From the IMG/VR virus record IMGVR_UViG_3300025424_000009: DNA of 64,000 nt. One strand, given 5' to 3'. Source of the stretch: a virus. The first letter of the stretch is position 1; every line of letters starts with the position of its first letter. The notes beneath the pieces are model-generated. The model worked only from the letters and a program-made list of their open reading frames with translations. It had not been told where the DNA came from and did not search any database. Position numbers and translations under genes: made by a program. Shown in pieces: positions 46,854-59,000 of the stretch.

Positions 46854-47963
46854 ATGAAAAAAAGCGTATTGGAAGAAGCTTTGGCAGATGCTAAAGAACT
46901 AAAAAGAATGGCAATCGAATCGGCTAAATTATCTCTTCACGAATCAATTACTCCTGAAATCGAGAAATTACTTTCTAAGCAATTAAATGAAGATTTAAAC
47001 GAAGAAGAAGAGTATGAAGATGAAGCTGCTAAACAAGAAGCTGGAAAGCCTAGCGTAATGGAGCAAATCTCTAGTCTTGGTCTTGATGAAACTACTTTAG
47101 CTGCAATTAAAAATGCATTAGGAGAAGGTTCAAACGAAGAAGAAGAACAAGATGAAGCTGCTGAAGGACAAGATGAAGTGGAAGAATCTTTTGATCTTGA
47201 TACTGCATTAGCTGAAATTGAATCAAAAGAAGCTGACGATAAAGAAGATGAAAAAGAAGAAATGGACGAATCATTAGACATTGATGCTATTTTAGCTGAA
47301 ATGGATTCTGAAGATGAATCTTATGAAGATTCAGAAGAAGATAATGAAGAAGATGCAAAGCATGAAGAAGATGAAGTAGACGAAGCCTTTGGTGATAAAG
47401 GTCCTGAAGCTGGTAAAACTGCTGAAAAAGGTAAAATAGTACATGCTGAACCAGACACTAAAGGATTTACAAAAGATTATATCGACATTCTTCACAAATT
47501 AGTTGACGACATGGCTAAAAGCTATGAAGCTGGCAAAGGTGCTGAAAAAGGTAAAGATATTAATACCGGTAAGGAAAATGAAACCAAAGGTAAAGGTACT
47601 GAAAAATTAGAAGAAGCAGCTCTAGCTAAACAATTAAAAGGTGAATTAAACGAATTGAAATTGTTTGCTGGTAAAAACATGTATTTAAATAAAGTATTGG
47701 TATTACCTAACTTAACTGAAGCTCAAAAAGCAAAAGCAATTACTGCATTTGATAAAGTTAAGACCCTTGATGGTGCAAAAACTACTTACGAAGTATTAAA
47801 AGCCTCAATCACTCCTACAAAAAGAAAACAATCAATCACAGAATCACTAGGATTTAGACAAAAAACTTCTGAAATTTTAATTGAGAGTGCTAAAAAATCA
47901 GAACCAATTCAATATTTACCAGAAGCTGTTGAATTCAAAAGAAGAGCTGGAATTAAAGATTAA
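46854..47963 (+). CDS. Prohead scaffolding protein
   Basis: Highly acidic; LEEALADAKELKRMAIESAK; lies between protease and capsid genes. Confidence 0.8.
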   Translation: MKKSVLEEALADAKELKRMAIESAKLSLHESITPEIEKLLSKQLNEDLNEEEEYEDEAAKQEAGKPSVMEQISSLGLDETTLAAIKNALGEGSNEEEEQDEAAEGQDEVEESFDLDTALAEIESKEADDKEDEKEEMDESLDIDAILAEMDSEDESYEDSEEDNEEDAKHEEDEVDEAFGDKGPEAGKTAEKGKIVHAEPDTKGFTKDYIDILHKLVDDMAKSYEAGKGAEKGKDINTGKENETKGKGTEKLEEAALAKQLKGELNELKLFAGKNMYLNKVLVLPNLTEAQKAKAITAFDKVKTLDGAKTTYEVLKASITPTKRKQSITESLGFRQKTSEILIESAKKSEPIQYLPEAVEFKRRAGIKD

Positions 47964-47988
47964 TCAAAAACAAAAAAAATAAAACAAC

Positions 47989-49668
47989 ATGAGTACAATC
48001 TCACAATTATTAGAATCATCTAGGACTATGGAGGACAAAATGCAAGTCCTTACCAAGCTAGAACAAAAATGGGCACCTACAGGTCTATTAGACGGTAGTG
48101 CTTTGAAAGCTCATCCTTACGAAAAACGTAATATGGCTTTATTGCTTGAGAACCAAAACAAGCAAATCTTAGTAGAAGAACAAACTACCAATAAAGGTGG
48201 TGCAAACTTCATAGCAGGCTCTGGCGAACAATGGGCTGGTATCGTTTTACCAATGGTTCGTAAAGTATTCGCTGAAATTTCTGCTAAAGAATTCTTGAGT
48301 ACACAACCTATGAGCATGCCTTATGGTTTAGTGTTCTATCTAGATTTCCAATACAACAACCAACAACCTTATATAGGAGGTGGTGCAACTAGTAGATTTA
48401 ATGTAGGTGACAGTGTATATGGTACTACTAACACTCCTGGTGTTGACCCATTCGGTGGTTTGTATGGTGCTGGTAAATTCGGATATTCTATGAACGAATA
48501 TATAGCTATTGTACCTTCAGCTTCAATGACAGTAACAACTGCATCTTTAAGTGGTGCTGATACTAACTATAACGGTAATGTATCTGCATCTGCTGCTGCT
48601 TCTGGTTTACGTAAAGTAACTATCAACAGTGCTTCTGTAGTTATACCTAACCTTGATATAACTGCTGTAAGATCTTTCGTATTCACAGGTAGTGGAATCA
48701 GTGAAGGTGTTATCTATCCTGAATTTACTTCTTACAATAGTACATTTGACCAATTATCATTCATCGTTACAGGTAGTTTAACTACTGTTGCTGGTGGTGC
48801 TCCTAATGCAAATGTTACTACTTACTACTCAGTTCAAACTAGTGCTAACTTCCGTGGTGATTTTGAAGATAGTCCTTCAACTCCATTAACAGGTAGTAAC
48901 GCTATCTCTGAAATTGACATCGCTCCTTCAAGTAAAGGTATCACTGCTAAAACTCGTAAGTTAAAGTATAGCTACACACAAGAAGCTCAACAAGATTACA
49001 ACGCTTTCCAAAGCATTGATATCGAAGCAGAAGCTACAAGTATGTTAAGTGAATATATCTCTCGTGAAGTTGACTTAGAATTACTTGATTTAGTAAACCT
49101 AGCAGCAGCTCAAACTACAGAAGTATGGTCAGCAATCAACAACAAAACTTTTGATGCTACAACTAATACTTGGACTTTGAACAGTGCTACAACTGGATCT
49201 GGTTTCTACAACAGTCAACAAGATTGGTTCACCACTTTAGGTACTAAAATGCAAAGAGTATCTCGTGCAATCCATACCAAGACTCAAAGAGGTGAAGCTA
49301 ATGTTGCAATGGTATCTCCAAAAGTAGCTGCAATCATCGAGTCAATCGCTGGTTATGCTGCTGGAACTGATGGTTCTAAAATGGAGTATGCATTCGGTAG
49401 TAAAGAAAGCGGTAAATTGAATGGTAAATTCAAAATACTTGTTAACTCTTACATGCAAGAGAATACAATCATCATGGGCTTTAAGGGTTCTAATTACTTG
49501 GATAGTGGTGGTGTATTTGCACCTTACATTCCATTGATTTCTACACCTCTTGTGTTCGATCCAACTACATTCAAAATGTCTAAAGCTTTATCAACTCGTT
49601 ACGCTAAGTTGATAACTCGTCCGGAATTCTTCGGTAGAATTTATGTAGCTGACTTCAATAATTTCTAG
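47989..49668 (+). CDS. Major capsid protein (gp23-like)
   Basis: MALLLENQ, QPMSMPYGLVFYLDF, TAKTRKLK, EVDLELL, FAPYIPL, TRYAK. Confidence 0.93.
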   Translation: MSTISQLLESSRTMEDKMQVLTKLEQKWAPTGLLDGSALKAHPYEKRNMALLLENQNKQILVEEQTTNKGGANFIAGSGEQWAGIVLPMVRKVFAEISAKEFLSTQPMSMPYGLVFYLDFQYNNQQPYIGGGATSRFNVGDSVYGTTNTPGVDPFGGLYGAGKFGYSMNEYIAIVPSASMTVTTASLSGADTNYNGNVSASAAASGLRKVTINSASVVIPNLDITAVRSFVFTGSGISEGVIYPEFTSYNSTFDQLSFIVTGSLTTVAGGAPNANVTTYYSVQTSANFRGDFEDSPSTPLTGSNAISEIDIAPSSKGITAKTRKLKYSYTQEAQQDYNAFQSIDIEAEATSMLSEYISREVDLELLDLVNLAAAQTTEVWSAINNKTFDATTNTWTLNSATTGSGFYNSQQDWFTTLGTKMQRVSRAIHTKTQRGEANVAMVSPKVAAIIESIAGYAAGTDGSKMEYAFGSKESGKLNGKFKILVNSYMQENTIIMGFKGSNYLDSGGVFAPYIPLISTPLVFDPTTFKMSKALSTRYAKLITRPEFFGRIYVADFNNF

Positions 49669-49695
49669 TCTTAATTAACCAATAAAAACTGAAAT

Positions 49696-49727
49696 AAGCC
49701 ACTTCTAACAGAGTGGCTTTTTCTTTT
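49696..49727 (+). terminator. Rho-independent terminator after the capsid gene
   Basis: AAGCCACT-TCTAACAG-AGTGGCTT followed by a T tract. Confidence 0.85.
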
Positions 49728-49777
49728 ATACTAATAAATTATTTTTTGCTATTTATTAATGAATCAAAAATTAATAG

Positions 49778-50449
49778 ATGTCATCACTCCCTCACACTGA
49801 CGAAGTTTACAAACCAAAGAGAGTTTTAAAAAATCCAATAAAGTTTAAAATAGAGTTAACTGAAGAGCAAAAATTAGCAAAAGCATCTGTTTATGAAAAA
49901 GATATTACATTTATACTGGGGACATATGGCACAGGAAAAACGAATGTAGCGTGTAACATAGCCTTAGACATGCTTTTTAAGCGTCATAATGACATAGATA
50001 AGATTTATATAGCTAGACCTATAGATTTCTCAGCTACTGGTTATTTATCTGGAGATTTTTCACAAAAAGTAAAATTTCATATTATGCCTATCATGCAGAA
50101 TATGTATGCATCCTACGGTAAAGAAAAGATAGATAAGTATTTAGAAGATGGCACTATCGAAATATTACCTATCGACTATATGAAGGGAATGAACCAAATG
50201 AATAGTGTAACAATAATAGATGAGTTTGAAGATGTAAATTATAAAGACTTTAAGATGATCTTAACCAGGCTTTGTAAAGGTAGTAAACTTATTTTTACAG
50301 GTTCTGAAGAGCAAATAGATATTAAAGATAGTTGTATACCTTACATAAAGAAGTTAAAAGACTCTGGATTAGTAGGTTATCATGTACTTACTATTAACCA
50401 AAGAAATGAAGCTATTCAAAAAATAATTGATTTCATAGATACCCATTAG
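49778..50449 (+). CDS. phoH: PhoH-family ATPase
   Basis: GTYGTGKT Walker A; IARP; GYLSG; YMKG; IIDEFED; LTRL; GSEEQID. Confidence 0.88.
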   Translation: MSSLPHTDEVYKPKRVLKNPIKFKIELTEEQKLAKASVYEKDITFILGTYGTGKTNVACNIALDMLFKRHNDIDKIYIARPIDFSATGYLSGDFSQKVKFHIMPIMQNMYASYGKEKIDKYLEDGTIEILPIDYMKGMNQMNSVTIIDEFEDVNYKDFKMILTRLCKGSKLIFTGSEEQIDIKDSCIPYIKKLKDSGLVGYHVLTINQRNEAIQKIIDFIDTH

Positions 50450-50487
50450 TTTGATATTTATACTAATAACAATTTAAATTTAAAACT

Positions 50488-51675
50488 TTGGCTACCGCAA
50501 TAGATATCCCCCAATATGCAGAATCACTGGTTCTGAGACCGGTCAAAGGTAATACCAATTTTGGATATTACGACAATGACCCCTCATTTTTATCAGATGC
50601 ACAAAAGTTTGCCAATTATGCTTACAGAAAGCTTGGTGGTATAATGGAGGATATCGAGTTACAAGATTTGCATTATTATACTGCTATAGAAGATGCAGTA
50701 ACCACTTTTGGAAAAGAGCTATATGAATATAAGATAAGGGAGAACTACCTCAGCCTAGAGGGTTCTCCCACTGGCTCTGTAACACTAAATAATACTGTAA
50801 TACAGCCTAATCTAGGCACTATAATAAGACTTGCACAGGATTATGGTACAGAGACTGGTACAGGCGGTAATACGACTTGGTATACAGGCTCTTTTCAAGC
50901 TACTATCGGAGTACAAACATACGACCTAAATGAATGGGCCATGTCATCTTCTGTAGTAATGCCTGGAGATGCTATAGAGATAAAAAGAGTATTCTATGAA
51001 ATACCCCCTGCTGTAACAAGATTCTTTGATCCGACAGTTGTAACTGGGATAGGTTATGAAAGTCTTTTAAGTAGCTTTGGATTTGATACCATGAGCCCGG
51101 CTGTTAATTATACCATGATGCCTATATACTATGATTTATTAAGGGTACAGGCTATAGAATTTAACGACATGGTAAGAAGGTCATCTTATACTTTTGAGAT
51201 GACTAATAACATTCTAAAAATATTTCCTATACCTGTTTGGGAGAGAGAAATAAGATTTGAATACATTAAATTATCTGAAAGAAACTCCCCTTATAGGTCT
51301 GTAGGAGGTGTAGTACCTCAAGGTAATATTACAAACATATCTAATGTACCTTACGATGCTCCTGTATATTCACAGATAAATATGATTTTTAAGAAATGGA
51401 TATTTGAGTATGGAGTAGCAATATGTAGGGAGATATTAGCCGGCATAAGAGGTAAATATCAAACAGTACCTATACCAGGTAATGATTCAAGTGTAACTCT
51501 TAACGGAGATGCACTAAGAGCTCAAGCAGATGCAGACAAAGATAAACTAATACTTCAGTTGAGAGATACATTAAATGCATCTTCTAGACAAAAGCAATTA
51601 GAAATGAAGGCTGCTGAAGCACAAAGTATGAATCAGATAGAGCAATATGTACCTATGCTAATTTACGTAGGATAA
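50488..51675 (+). CDS. Neck protein (gp13-like)
   Basis: RKLGG...DIELQD...AIEDA; RGKYQTVPIPG...TLNGDAL; TTG start. Confidence 0.75.
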   Translation: MATAIDIPQYAESLVLRPVKGNTNFGYYDNDPSFLSDAQKFANYAYRKLGGIMEDIELQDLHYYTAIEDAVTTFGKELYEYKIRENYLSLEGSPTGSVTLNNTVIQPNLGTIIRLAQDYGTETGTGGNTTWYTGSFQATIGVQTYDLNEWAMSSSVVMPGDAIEIKRVFYEIPPAVTRFFDPTVVTGIGYESLLSSFGFDTMSPAVNYTMMPIYYDLLRVQAIEFNDMVRRSSYTFEMTNNILKIFPIPVWEREIRFEYIKLSERNSPYRSVGGVVPQGNITNISNVPYDAPVYSQINMIFKKWIFEYGVAICREILAGIRGKYQTVPIPGNDSSVTLNGDALRAQADADKDKLILQLRDTLNASSRQKQLEMKAAEAQSMNQIEQYVPMLIYVG

Positions 51676-51689
51676 AAAGATAATAAGAC

Positions 51690-52178
51690 ATGCCTTTATA
51701 CGGACGAGTAATAGATTCAGCTTTTATCAGAAGGGTAAACAGAGACCTTATTAACAGGGTAATGGGTGAGGAGGTAGGTTATTATAAACTTTCTCTTGCA
51801 GACACTCAAATAGATATATACGGAGAATCAAGTAGTAAGATGTATTTTAATCCTGTATTGCTTACTTGTATTGTAGGAAGAAATCCTCAACAAAATAATC
51901 AAACATCTTATGGTAGTGATACAGACAGGCTAATGTCTTTCTCCTTTCTTAAAGCTGACTTGATACCTATAGGACTAGTGCCGGAAAAGGGGGATATTAT
52001 TATGTGGAATGAATCTTATTTTGAAGTAGATATACCTATAGAAGACCAACTAGTGGTAGGCAAAGACCCTAATTATGCTTTAGAAGATTCTAATAAATAC
52101 TACGGTATGTCACTATCCATAACTTGTGAATCCCACCTCACTCATATTAATAGATTAAATATCATACAAAGTAGATAA
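51690..52178 (+). CDS. Neck/head-completion protein (gp14-like)
   Basis: DIYGES...PEKGDII.WN...YFEV; order after gp13. Confidence 0.65.
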   Translation: MPLYGRVIDSAFIRRVNRDLINRVMGEEVGYYKLSLADTQIDIYGESSSKMYFNPVLLTCIVGRNPQQNNQTSYGSDTDRLMSFSFLKADLIPIGLVPEKGDIIMWNESYFEVDIPIEDQLVVGKDPNYALEDSNKYYGMSLSITCESHLTHINRLNIIQSR

Positions 52179-52198
52179 GTGATATTTATTAATTACAG

Positions 52199-53425
52199 AT
52201 GCCGACCCCAAGAAGAAATCAGACTATCAAGCCTAGGCCACAAACAGAGCCTGAAGCATTCAACAATGCTATAGACCCTGTTATACCTAATACTAAACCA
52301 GATTTACCCGATTTACAAAATAGAGTACATCAAATTAGTCAAAAAAATGATGAACTAAGGGATTACTCAATAGGCCTTGAAGATATAGATACTGCGGTGT
52401 TCTACTACTTCAGAGAGGTTATAAAACCGTATGTAATAGAGGATTCAAACAGGGTCTCAGTTCCTGTTATATACGCAAACCCAGAAAGATTTAAATCAGC
52501 ACAGTATGACGGAGATATACGCGATAAAGATGGTAAAATCTTATTCCCTGTTATTACAATAAGGAAAGTAGACATAGAAAAGGTTAGAACACTTGGTAAT
52601 AAAATAGACGGCAATATAGCTCATAATCATTATCTATTTGAACAAAGGTATACTAAAGAGAATCAGTATGATAATTTTTCAGTAGTATTAAACAGGGTTC
52701 CTGTAAAGAAAATACAAGTCCTTACTGTACCTGATTACCACAGAATAACCTATAGTTGTGAGATTCATGTTAACAATGAACGTGATTTAAATAAGATTCT
52801 AGAAGCTGTAACATATTCATCTTATTCATATTGGGGAGACCCAAAGAGGTTTATGTTTATGGCTATGATAGATAGTGTACCTATTACTAGGGAAGTTAAT
52901 GCAAGTGAGAACAAGAAGATAAGCTCTACATTCAATATTATCTTAAATGGATATATCATTCCAGATTCCATTAATCATTACATGTCAACCAACCCTACTT
53001 ACTACTCAAAGGCAGCAGTAGTATTTAACAATGAGACAGTAGTACCTATATTCAATAATAAACAACAGAACAAAGTATCCTATGTTACTACTCAGCCGTC
53101 TATTATAATTAACAATAACACTAATTCTAGACTTGTGGATGCATATTTATCTCTTGTAGTATCTAAGCAAGCTTCATCTGAAGATATAGCCTCTAATAGC
53201 TTCTATTTGAGAAATTCAAGTATTGCTATAGCACCATCAGGATTACCTGCCACATCTGTAGATAATTTTACAGTTACTATAAACGGACAAGTAATAGGTA
53301 CTCCAGACATAACAGCTATAACACAAGTAGGAGCAGATGTACAAGTAATACTAGATACCTTCAAGCTAGGGTATGCATTACAACCATCATTTGAAATAAT
53401 TGTAAAAGGAAAATTTAGCAGCTAA
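52199..53425 (+). CDS. Tail terminator/sheath stabiliser (gp15-like)
   Basis: VPVIYANPERF, PVITIR, VPDYHRITYSC, DLNKILE motifs. Confidence 0.65.
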   Translation: MPTPRRNQTIKPRPQTEPEAFNNAIDPVIPNTKPDLPDLQNRVHQISQKNDELRDYSIGLEDIDTAVFYYFREVIKPYVIEDSNRVSVPVIYANPERFKSAQYDGDIRDKDGKILFPVITIRKVDIEKVRTLGNKIDGNIAHNHYLFEQRYTKENQYDNFSVVLNRVPVKKIQVLTVPDYHRITYSCEIHVNNERDLNKILEAVTYSSYSYWGDPKRFMFMAMIDSVPITREVNASENKKISSTFNIILNGYIIPDSINHYMSTNPTYYSKAAVVFNNETVVPIFNNKQQNKVSYVTTQPSIIINNNTNSRLVDAYLSLVVSKQASSEDIASNSFYLRNSSIAIAPSGLPATSVDNFTVTINGQVIGTPDITAITQVGADVQVILDTFKLGYALQPSFEIIVKGKFSS

Positions 53426-55707
53426 TGCCTCATATCTACGGTTCACAACTTGAAATACCTTTTATCCTCGCAACAGGAAGTCAACAACTATTATACGTTG
53501 ACCAAAATGGTATATCTGGTTCTTTTGTAGGTAATTTAACAGGTACTGCCTCTTATGCTCTAAATGGTGGTGGTGGACAAGTATACCCAACTTACTTAGT
53601 TCCTTTTGGAGATGGAGTAACATCTGGAGGTACAACTAGCGGTCAATTTGTATTCAATTCATCCTCATATTTCAATGTAGAGGTAGACTTTGAAGATAAG
53701 AGTGCAGGGCATTGGTCTGGAGTAGGTGCCTCTGGTTTATGGGGAGAGAATTCATCAAGTTATTCTTACTTAGAAGTAGGTTACAATAATACTGGATATA
53801 CGTTTTCTGGAGTTATAAATACCAACGCAGGTATTTTCATGAATGATTCAGGGTTAACTATAACTAATTTTAATAATACGTTATATTGGCCTACAGGTAG
53901 TGGTAGTAGTGGAAGTGCACTTGTAACAAACGGTGCAGGTAATTTAGTATTTAGCCCTCAAGTCCCAACTGCATCATATGCTAGTACAGCATCATATGCA
54001 GATACAGCATCTTATGCATTGAGTGGGTTGTACATTATCATATCAGGTTCTAATACTATATCAAGTTTTACAGGACAATCTACTTGGTACTTTAACCACA
54101 ATTTGAATTATCAAGATGTTGTTGTTCAAACATTTGATTCAAATTACAATCAAATTATCCCTCAAAACATACAACTTACTGATGCAAATAATGTAACTAT
54201 TACATTTCCAGTAGCAGTAGATGGGTATGCAATAGCAGTAGTAGGGGGTACTTCTGGGGTAGGTGGTGCATATACACCTCTAATAGTAAAGACTAAATCT
54301 CAAATAGATACACTCATATCTACAAATGAACTAACACCTGGGGCATCATACTTAATAACAGGAGTAAACACGTCATTGTATGGGGGTACGGATATTATAC
54401 TAGAAGCTACATCCCATAATACATTGAGTTTATCGGGAAAAGGTAAATTCTATAATCCTAATTACCCACATAATAACAATGGAAATAATATATGGACTAA
54501 CATAAGTTACATATACACATACTCAACTTCCGGCGCATTTAATGCAAATGAAGACATAACTGCTGATAATGGAGCTACAGGTACGTTATATACTACATTA
54601 AGTTCTAGCCAATTTATATCATCTTCTGGAGATTGGACTACAGCTAATCATATAACAGGTAATTCAACTGGAGCCACAGCTTATATTGATGGAGTTGATA
54701 TACAATCCTATGCAGTATCATCCTCTGTATTTTGGGGAGGAAAAGCATGGGTAAACTTAACAGGAAATATAGGCTATTCAAGTAATGTATTAAATCTAAA
54801 TACAAATGATTGGCAAGCAATCCCATACTCTAATTTAGATTACTACAATGTAGTATGGGACGAAATACAATATGATTATACCCATGATCTTATTATTTAC
54901 AGGAAAGACTCCGCTAATAATGTAGTATTAACTAGTAAGGCTAACGAAGACTATAATCAAGATAATTTTAGTAATTTTTATTCTATAAATACATTTCAAT
55001 GGGGTAATCCTTACTCTTATTCTGGTAATAGAGGGGTAGGTGAAAATTATATATATAGTTCTTATTGTGAGAATGTAAATTTTACAGGACGTAATTTCAT
55101 ATGTAACACATTCACTCAGCAATCAGGCTTAACTAGTGGTAATTTCGGTAAACGAAATTCACATTTTAGTTATAACAATATTTTAAATAATTCAGTATTG
55201 TATAACAATAATTTTTCAAATTCAACTTTTAGTTATAATACATTAAATGCCAGTTATGTAGGGTATGACATATTCAGCGCAGGATCTAATTTAGCTAATA
55301 ATAGTTATATAAGCAGTTATATGGGTGGTAATACATTTGATAGTATCGGTCTAAATAATAACACTTTTAACAATAGTGGTATGTATGATAATAAGTTGCT
55401 AAATTCCAATATATCCAACAATACACTAAATAACAATGGTTCTATTGGTAACATCACATTAACAAATTCCACAATACAATATAATAATATCCAAAACAAT
55501 GGAGGTTTTTCATTTTCAAATACTATAGACTCTAAAACATTACAATATATAACTTGTGAGAATGTAACTTTGAGTATGGACATATCATCAGCAACTGATA
55601 TTTATAATGGGTACACTAAAAGAGTAATAGGTAGACAAGATGGAACTCCAGTATTAATGTTCATCGACAATTCAAATACTCAAATAATAGAAGCAGTAAC
55701 AACATAA
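53425..55707 (+). CDS. Tail fibre-like protein with C-terminal Asn-rich beta-helix repeats
   Basis: TASYA repeats, WYFNHNL...VVVQ domain, LTPGASYLIT, 11-residue Asn/Ser/Phe repeats. Confidence 0.6.
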   Translation: MPHIYGSQLEIPFILATGSQQLLYVDQNGISGSFVGNLTGTASYALNGGGGQVYPTYLVPFGDGVTSGGTTSGQFVFNSSSYFNVEVDFEDKSAGHWSGVGASGLWGENSSSYSYLEVGYNNTGYTFSGVINTNAGIFMNDSGLTITNFNNTLYWPTGSGSSGSALVTNGAGNLVFSPQVPTASYASTASYADTASYALSGLYIIISGSNTISSFTGQSTWYFNHNLNYQDVVVQTFDSNYNQIIPQNIQLTDANNVTITFPVAVDGYAIAVVGGTSGVGGAYTPLIVKTKSQIDTLISTNELTPGASYLITGVNTSLYGGTDIILEATSHNTLSLSGKGKFYNPNYPHNNNGNNIWTNISYIYTYSTSGAFNANEDITADNGATGTLYTTLSSSQFISSSGDWTTANHITGNSTGATAYIDGVDIQSYAVSSSVFWGGKAWVNLTGNIGYSSNVLNLNTNDWQAIPYSNLDYYNVVWDEIQYDYTHDLIIYRKDSANNVVLTSKANEDYNQDNFSNFYSINTFQWGNPYSYSGNRGVGENYIYSSYCENVNFTGRNFICNTFTQQSGLTSGNFGKRNSHFSYNNILNNSVLYNNNFSNSTFSYNTLNASYVGYDIFSAGSNLANNSYISSYMGGNTFDSIGLNNNTFNNSGMYDNKLLNSNISNNTLNNNGSIGNITLTNSTIQYNNIQNNGGFSFSNTIDSKTLQYITCENVTLSMDISSATDIYNGYTKRVIGRQDGTPVLMFIDNSNTQIIEAVTT
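53968..54018 (+). repeat. Three 18-bp coding repeats (xTASYA)
   Basis: actgcatcatatgct / acagcatcatatgca / acagcatcttatgca. Confidence 0.8.
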
Positions 55708-55720
55708 AATAAAAAATAAC

Positions 55721-56008
55721 ATGGCAACAGTAAATTTTGACGAATCAGTAGGAGGTTTAGCAGCAAAGATAACTCCTTTCAAGGCAGTGTTTAATGATAC
55801 AGAAAATGTAACACACCTTCGTATAACACTTACAAATGATAATCAAAAAGATAGAGCAAGTCTTTGGTGGGAAGTAATAGATTCAAAAGGTATAAAACAT
55901 GTATCTGGCACATTAGTACTAACAGGTGAAGATTACATTAACTACAATGTTTCAAAAGAAACAAGGTTTACCTATGTAGCTGGTAAAATAGGTGTTACAT
56001 TCATTTAA
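55721..56008 (+). CDS. Small tail-fibre-associated protein
   Basis: Position between fibre genes; LTGEDYINY. Confidence 0.5.
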   Translation: MATVNFDESVGGLAAKITPFKAVFNDTENVTHLRITLTNDNQKDRASLWWEVIDSKGIKHVSGTLVLTGEDYINYNVSKETRFTYVAGKIGVTFI

Positions 56009-56016
56009 TCTAGTCA

Positions 56017-59000
56017 ATGACGATATATTCTCCGATAGTATCTGGATCTTTAGAAGTAGCTGGTAACGTAGTAGTATCAGGGTCAGGCGATAGCTTATTA
56101 GATATAGTAGCTACCGACCAAGGACCTTGGACATTTCGTATGTTTAACACTACATTTTCATCAAGTGCAGCACTAGAAGGGTTTATATGGGATACAGGCA
56201 GGGCTTCTATAGGTACCGAAATAGACAATACTATAGAACTATCTACCAACAATAGGTATGATAATCCTCAATTTACAATATCTAGCTCATTTGTAAAGAT
56301 AGACAGCGTACCACTTTTAATAAGAAATAGCAGTGCGCAATGGGTAGATAATGATGGAAATGTAAATGCACAGATTAATAGTGATGGGAGTGGGTATTTG
56401 GGTGGAAGTAATCCTTACGGTGGTAATATTTTATTTAATAATAATGGAAATTTTACTATAAATAGCGATAATTATGGTGATGCTTTTTTTCAAGTTGCTT
56501 CTCAATCAAGATATATTTTTATAGGAGATTTAAATAATGATAATAACAGTACCTATATAAAATTAGACGACAACACACAAACCATCACAGCCAACGCCAC
56601 CAATGGCTATACGTTTAGTGGAGGTAATGCTAATTTCAATAATAGTGCAATAGGGAATTTTGATAATAATAATTGGGAAATTCTTGAAAATGGACTAGTT
56701 AGAGGTACATCTTTACAAGCTATAGATGCATATAATAGTTTTGAAGCAGATATTAATTGGAATAATGGATTTATTGGATTAGGAACAGATAATAATAGTT
56801 ATGCATATAGTTATCAGTTAAATGCAAATGGAATAGCTGTATCTTATTTTGATTATATTGGTAATCAAAATACTTTTAATTCAAATGCATATTCAGTTCA
56901 AGGAACTTATGGAACAGATGGGAGTAGTTATCAATTAGCAGGCAATGGAATTAATCTTGTTTATCAAAATAATTCTATTTTTAATATTGATGCAAATGGT
57001 AACGTAACAGCCAATAGCTTCATAAAAACAGGAGGAACATCAGCACAATATTTAATGGCTGATGGTAGTGTTAGTTCTGGACCTACTGTTTATAGTACAC
57101 TATCCCAAATATTAACTAATGGTAATACAACTAGCGGTAATAATATAATTATATCAGATAATGATAGTATTTATGCTGCTGATTTTAACACAGATTATTC
57201 AAACCCCACCTCACAATTTGTTATTAGAGGTTCTAATGCTGCCATTGGTGGGACAAGTCAAGGTGGTGGAAATATTATAATACAGGGTGGGGCATCTTAT
57301 ACAGGAGAAAGCCAAACAGCAGGAGATGTCATCCTTAAAGGGGGTGTAAATAACTATGCTGGACCACTTAATAATGGGTATGTAAGATTATTTACAGCTA
57401 ATACAGAAAGAGTAACAGTTGATAGTGCTAATGGATATGTGGGGATAGGAACAACTTCTCCTACTGAAAAATTAGAAGTAAATGGTAATGTTAAAGTAAG
57501 TAATAGAATAACAGCAGATGATGGAACATTTAATCAGACATTAAGTGTTGGTGGAGCAAGTGCTGGAAGTACAGGAGATATTGCAGCTAGTGGAGATGTT
57601 TATGGTAATTCATTTATTACAAGTGGTGGTACATCTGCACAATATGTAGCTGGAGATGGTTCTTTGATAACTTTTCCAACTATCCCCTCTGTAGGCACAT
57701 GGGGAGCTTTAAATTATCCTACATGGTCTTCTGGTACTCCTTTTATAAAAATGACTACTGCTGGTACATTTGCTCTTGATACAAATACCTATTTAACTTC
57801 TGTAGGGATAGCTAATTTAACAGCTACAGGAACACCTTCTTCTTCAACATATCTTAGAGGGGATAATACTTGGGCTACTATTTCTGGAACCATATCAGGA
57901 CTTACTTCTGGACAAGTAGCATTTGCTAATGATACTACTTCAATAACAGGAAGTTCTAATTTTACTTGGAATAATTCAACAGGTCAATTATCAACTACAA
58001 ATACAGGTGTAAATACCATACCTTTAATAATTAATAGAACTGGTAACAATAGTCCTGCATTAGGAGGAGATTTAGGAAGCAGAAGTATTGCTTCTTTTAC
58101 GGCAGGAAGTAATGTTACATATATACATCAAGGTGCAATTAGCAATCTCAGTGGATTAACATTAAATCCATTTGGAAGTTATGTATCAATAGGAGGTACA
58201 TATAATAGCCAAGGTTCAACACTTAATGTTTATGGATATGGAACTACCCATAATAGCAACTCATTTACTGTATGGAATAATCTTGGTAATTATGGAAACA
58301 TCAATGCAAGTTTCCCAATGTTTAATGTTTCTAGTGGAGGAAATGTAACTATTGGCTTTGATTATAACACTTCATTTACAGTACCTTCATCTTTATTTCA
58401 AGTTTACCAATCAAATACAGGTATAGGTACTGTATCTACATCAGGAACTACAGTTACTGGTACTAATACACAATTTACTAATACTTTTAAAGTAGGAGAT
58501 ACTATTACAATTGCATCAGTAGCATACACTATATCAGCTATAGCATCTAATACAAGTATGACTACAAGTACCCTTCCTACTTTATCAAATCAATCATATA
58601 ATGTATCTAGTGCAAATAGATTTAATGTTTATGGTAATGGTAATATAGTATTTGGCTCTACATCTTCAATGTGGTATGATGCTAGATATGGTGCTTTAAA
58701 TATAGGATCATCTGCAAGTCAATCTACTTATAAACTAAATGTGAGTGGGTCTGTAAATGCCACTTCATACAATGTATCAGGAGGAACATCAACACAGTTT
58801 CTTAAAGCGAATGGAACACTTGATAGTAATACATATTTAACATCTGGAGCAGCTAGTGGAAGTTATCAACCTTTAAATTCCAATTTAACTTCTATAAGTG
58901 GATTATCTTACTCCTCATTAGGGTTTTTAAAGATGACTGCTGCTGGTACATTTGCTTTAGATACAAATTCTTATTACCTATCTTCCAATCCTAGTAATTA

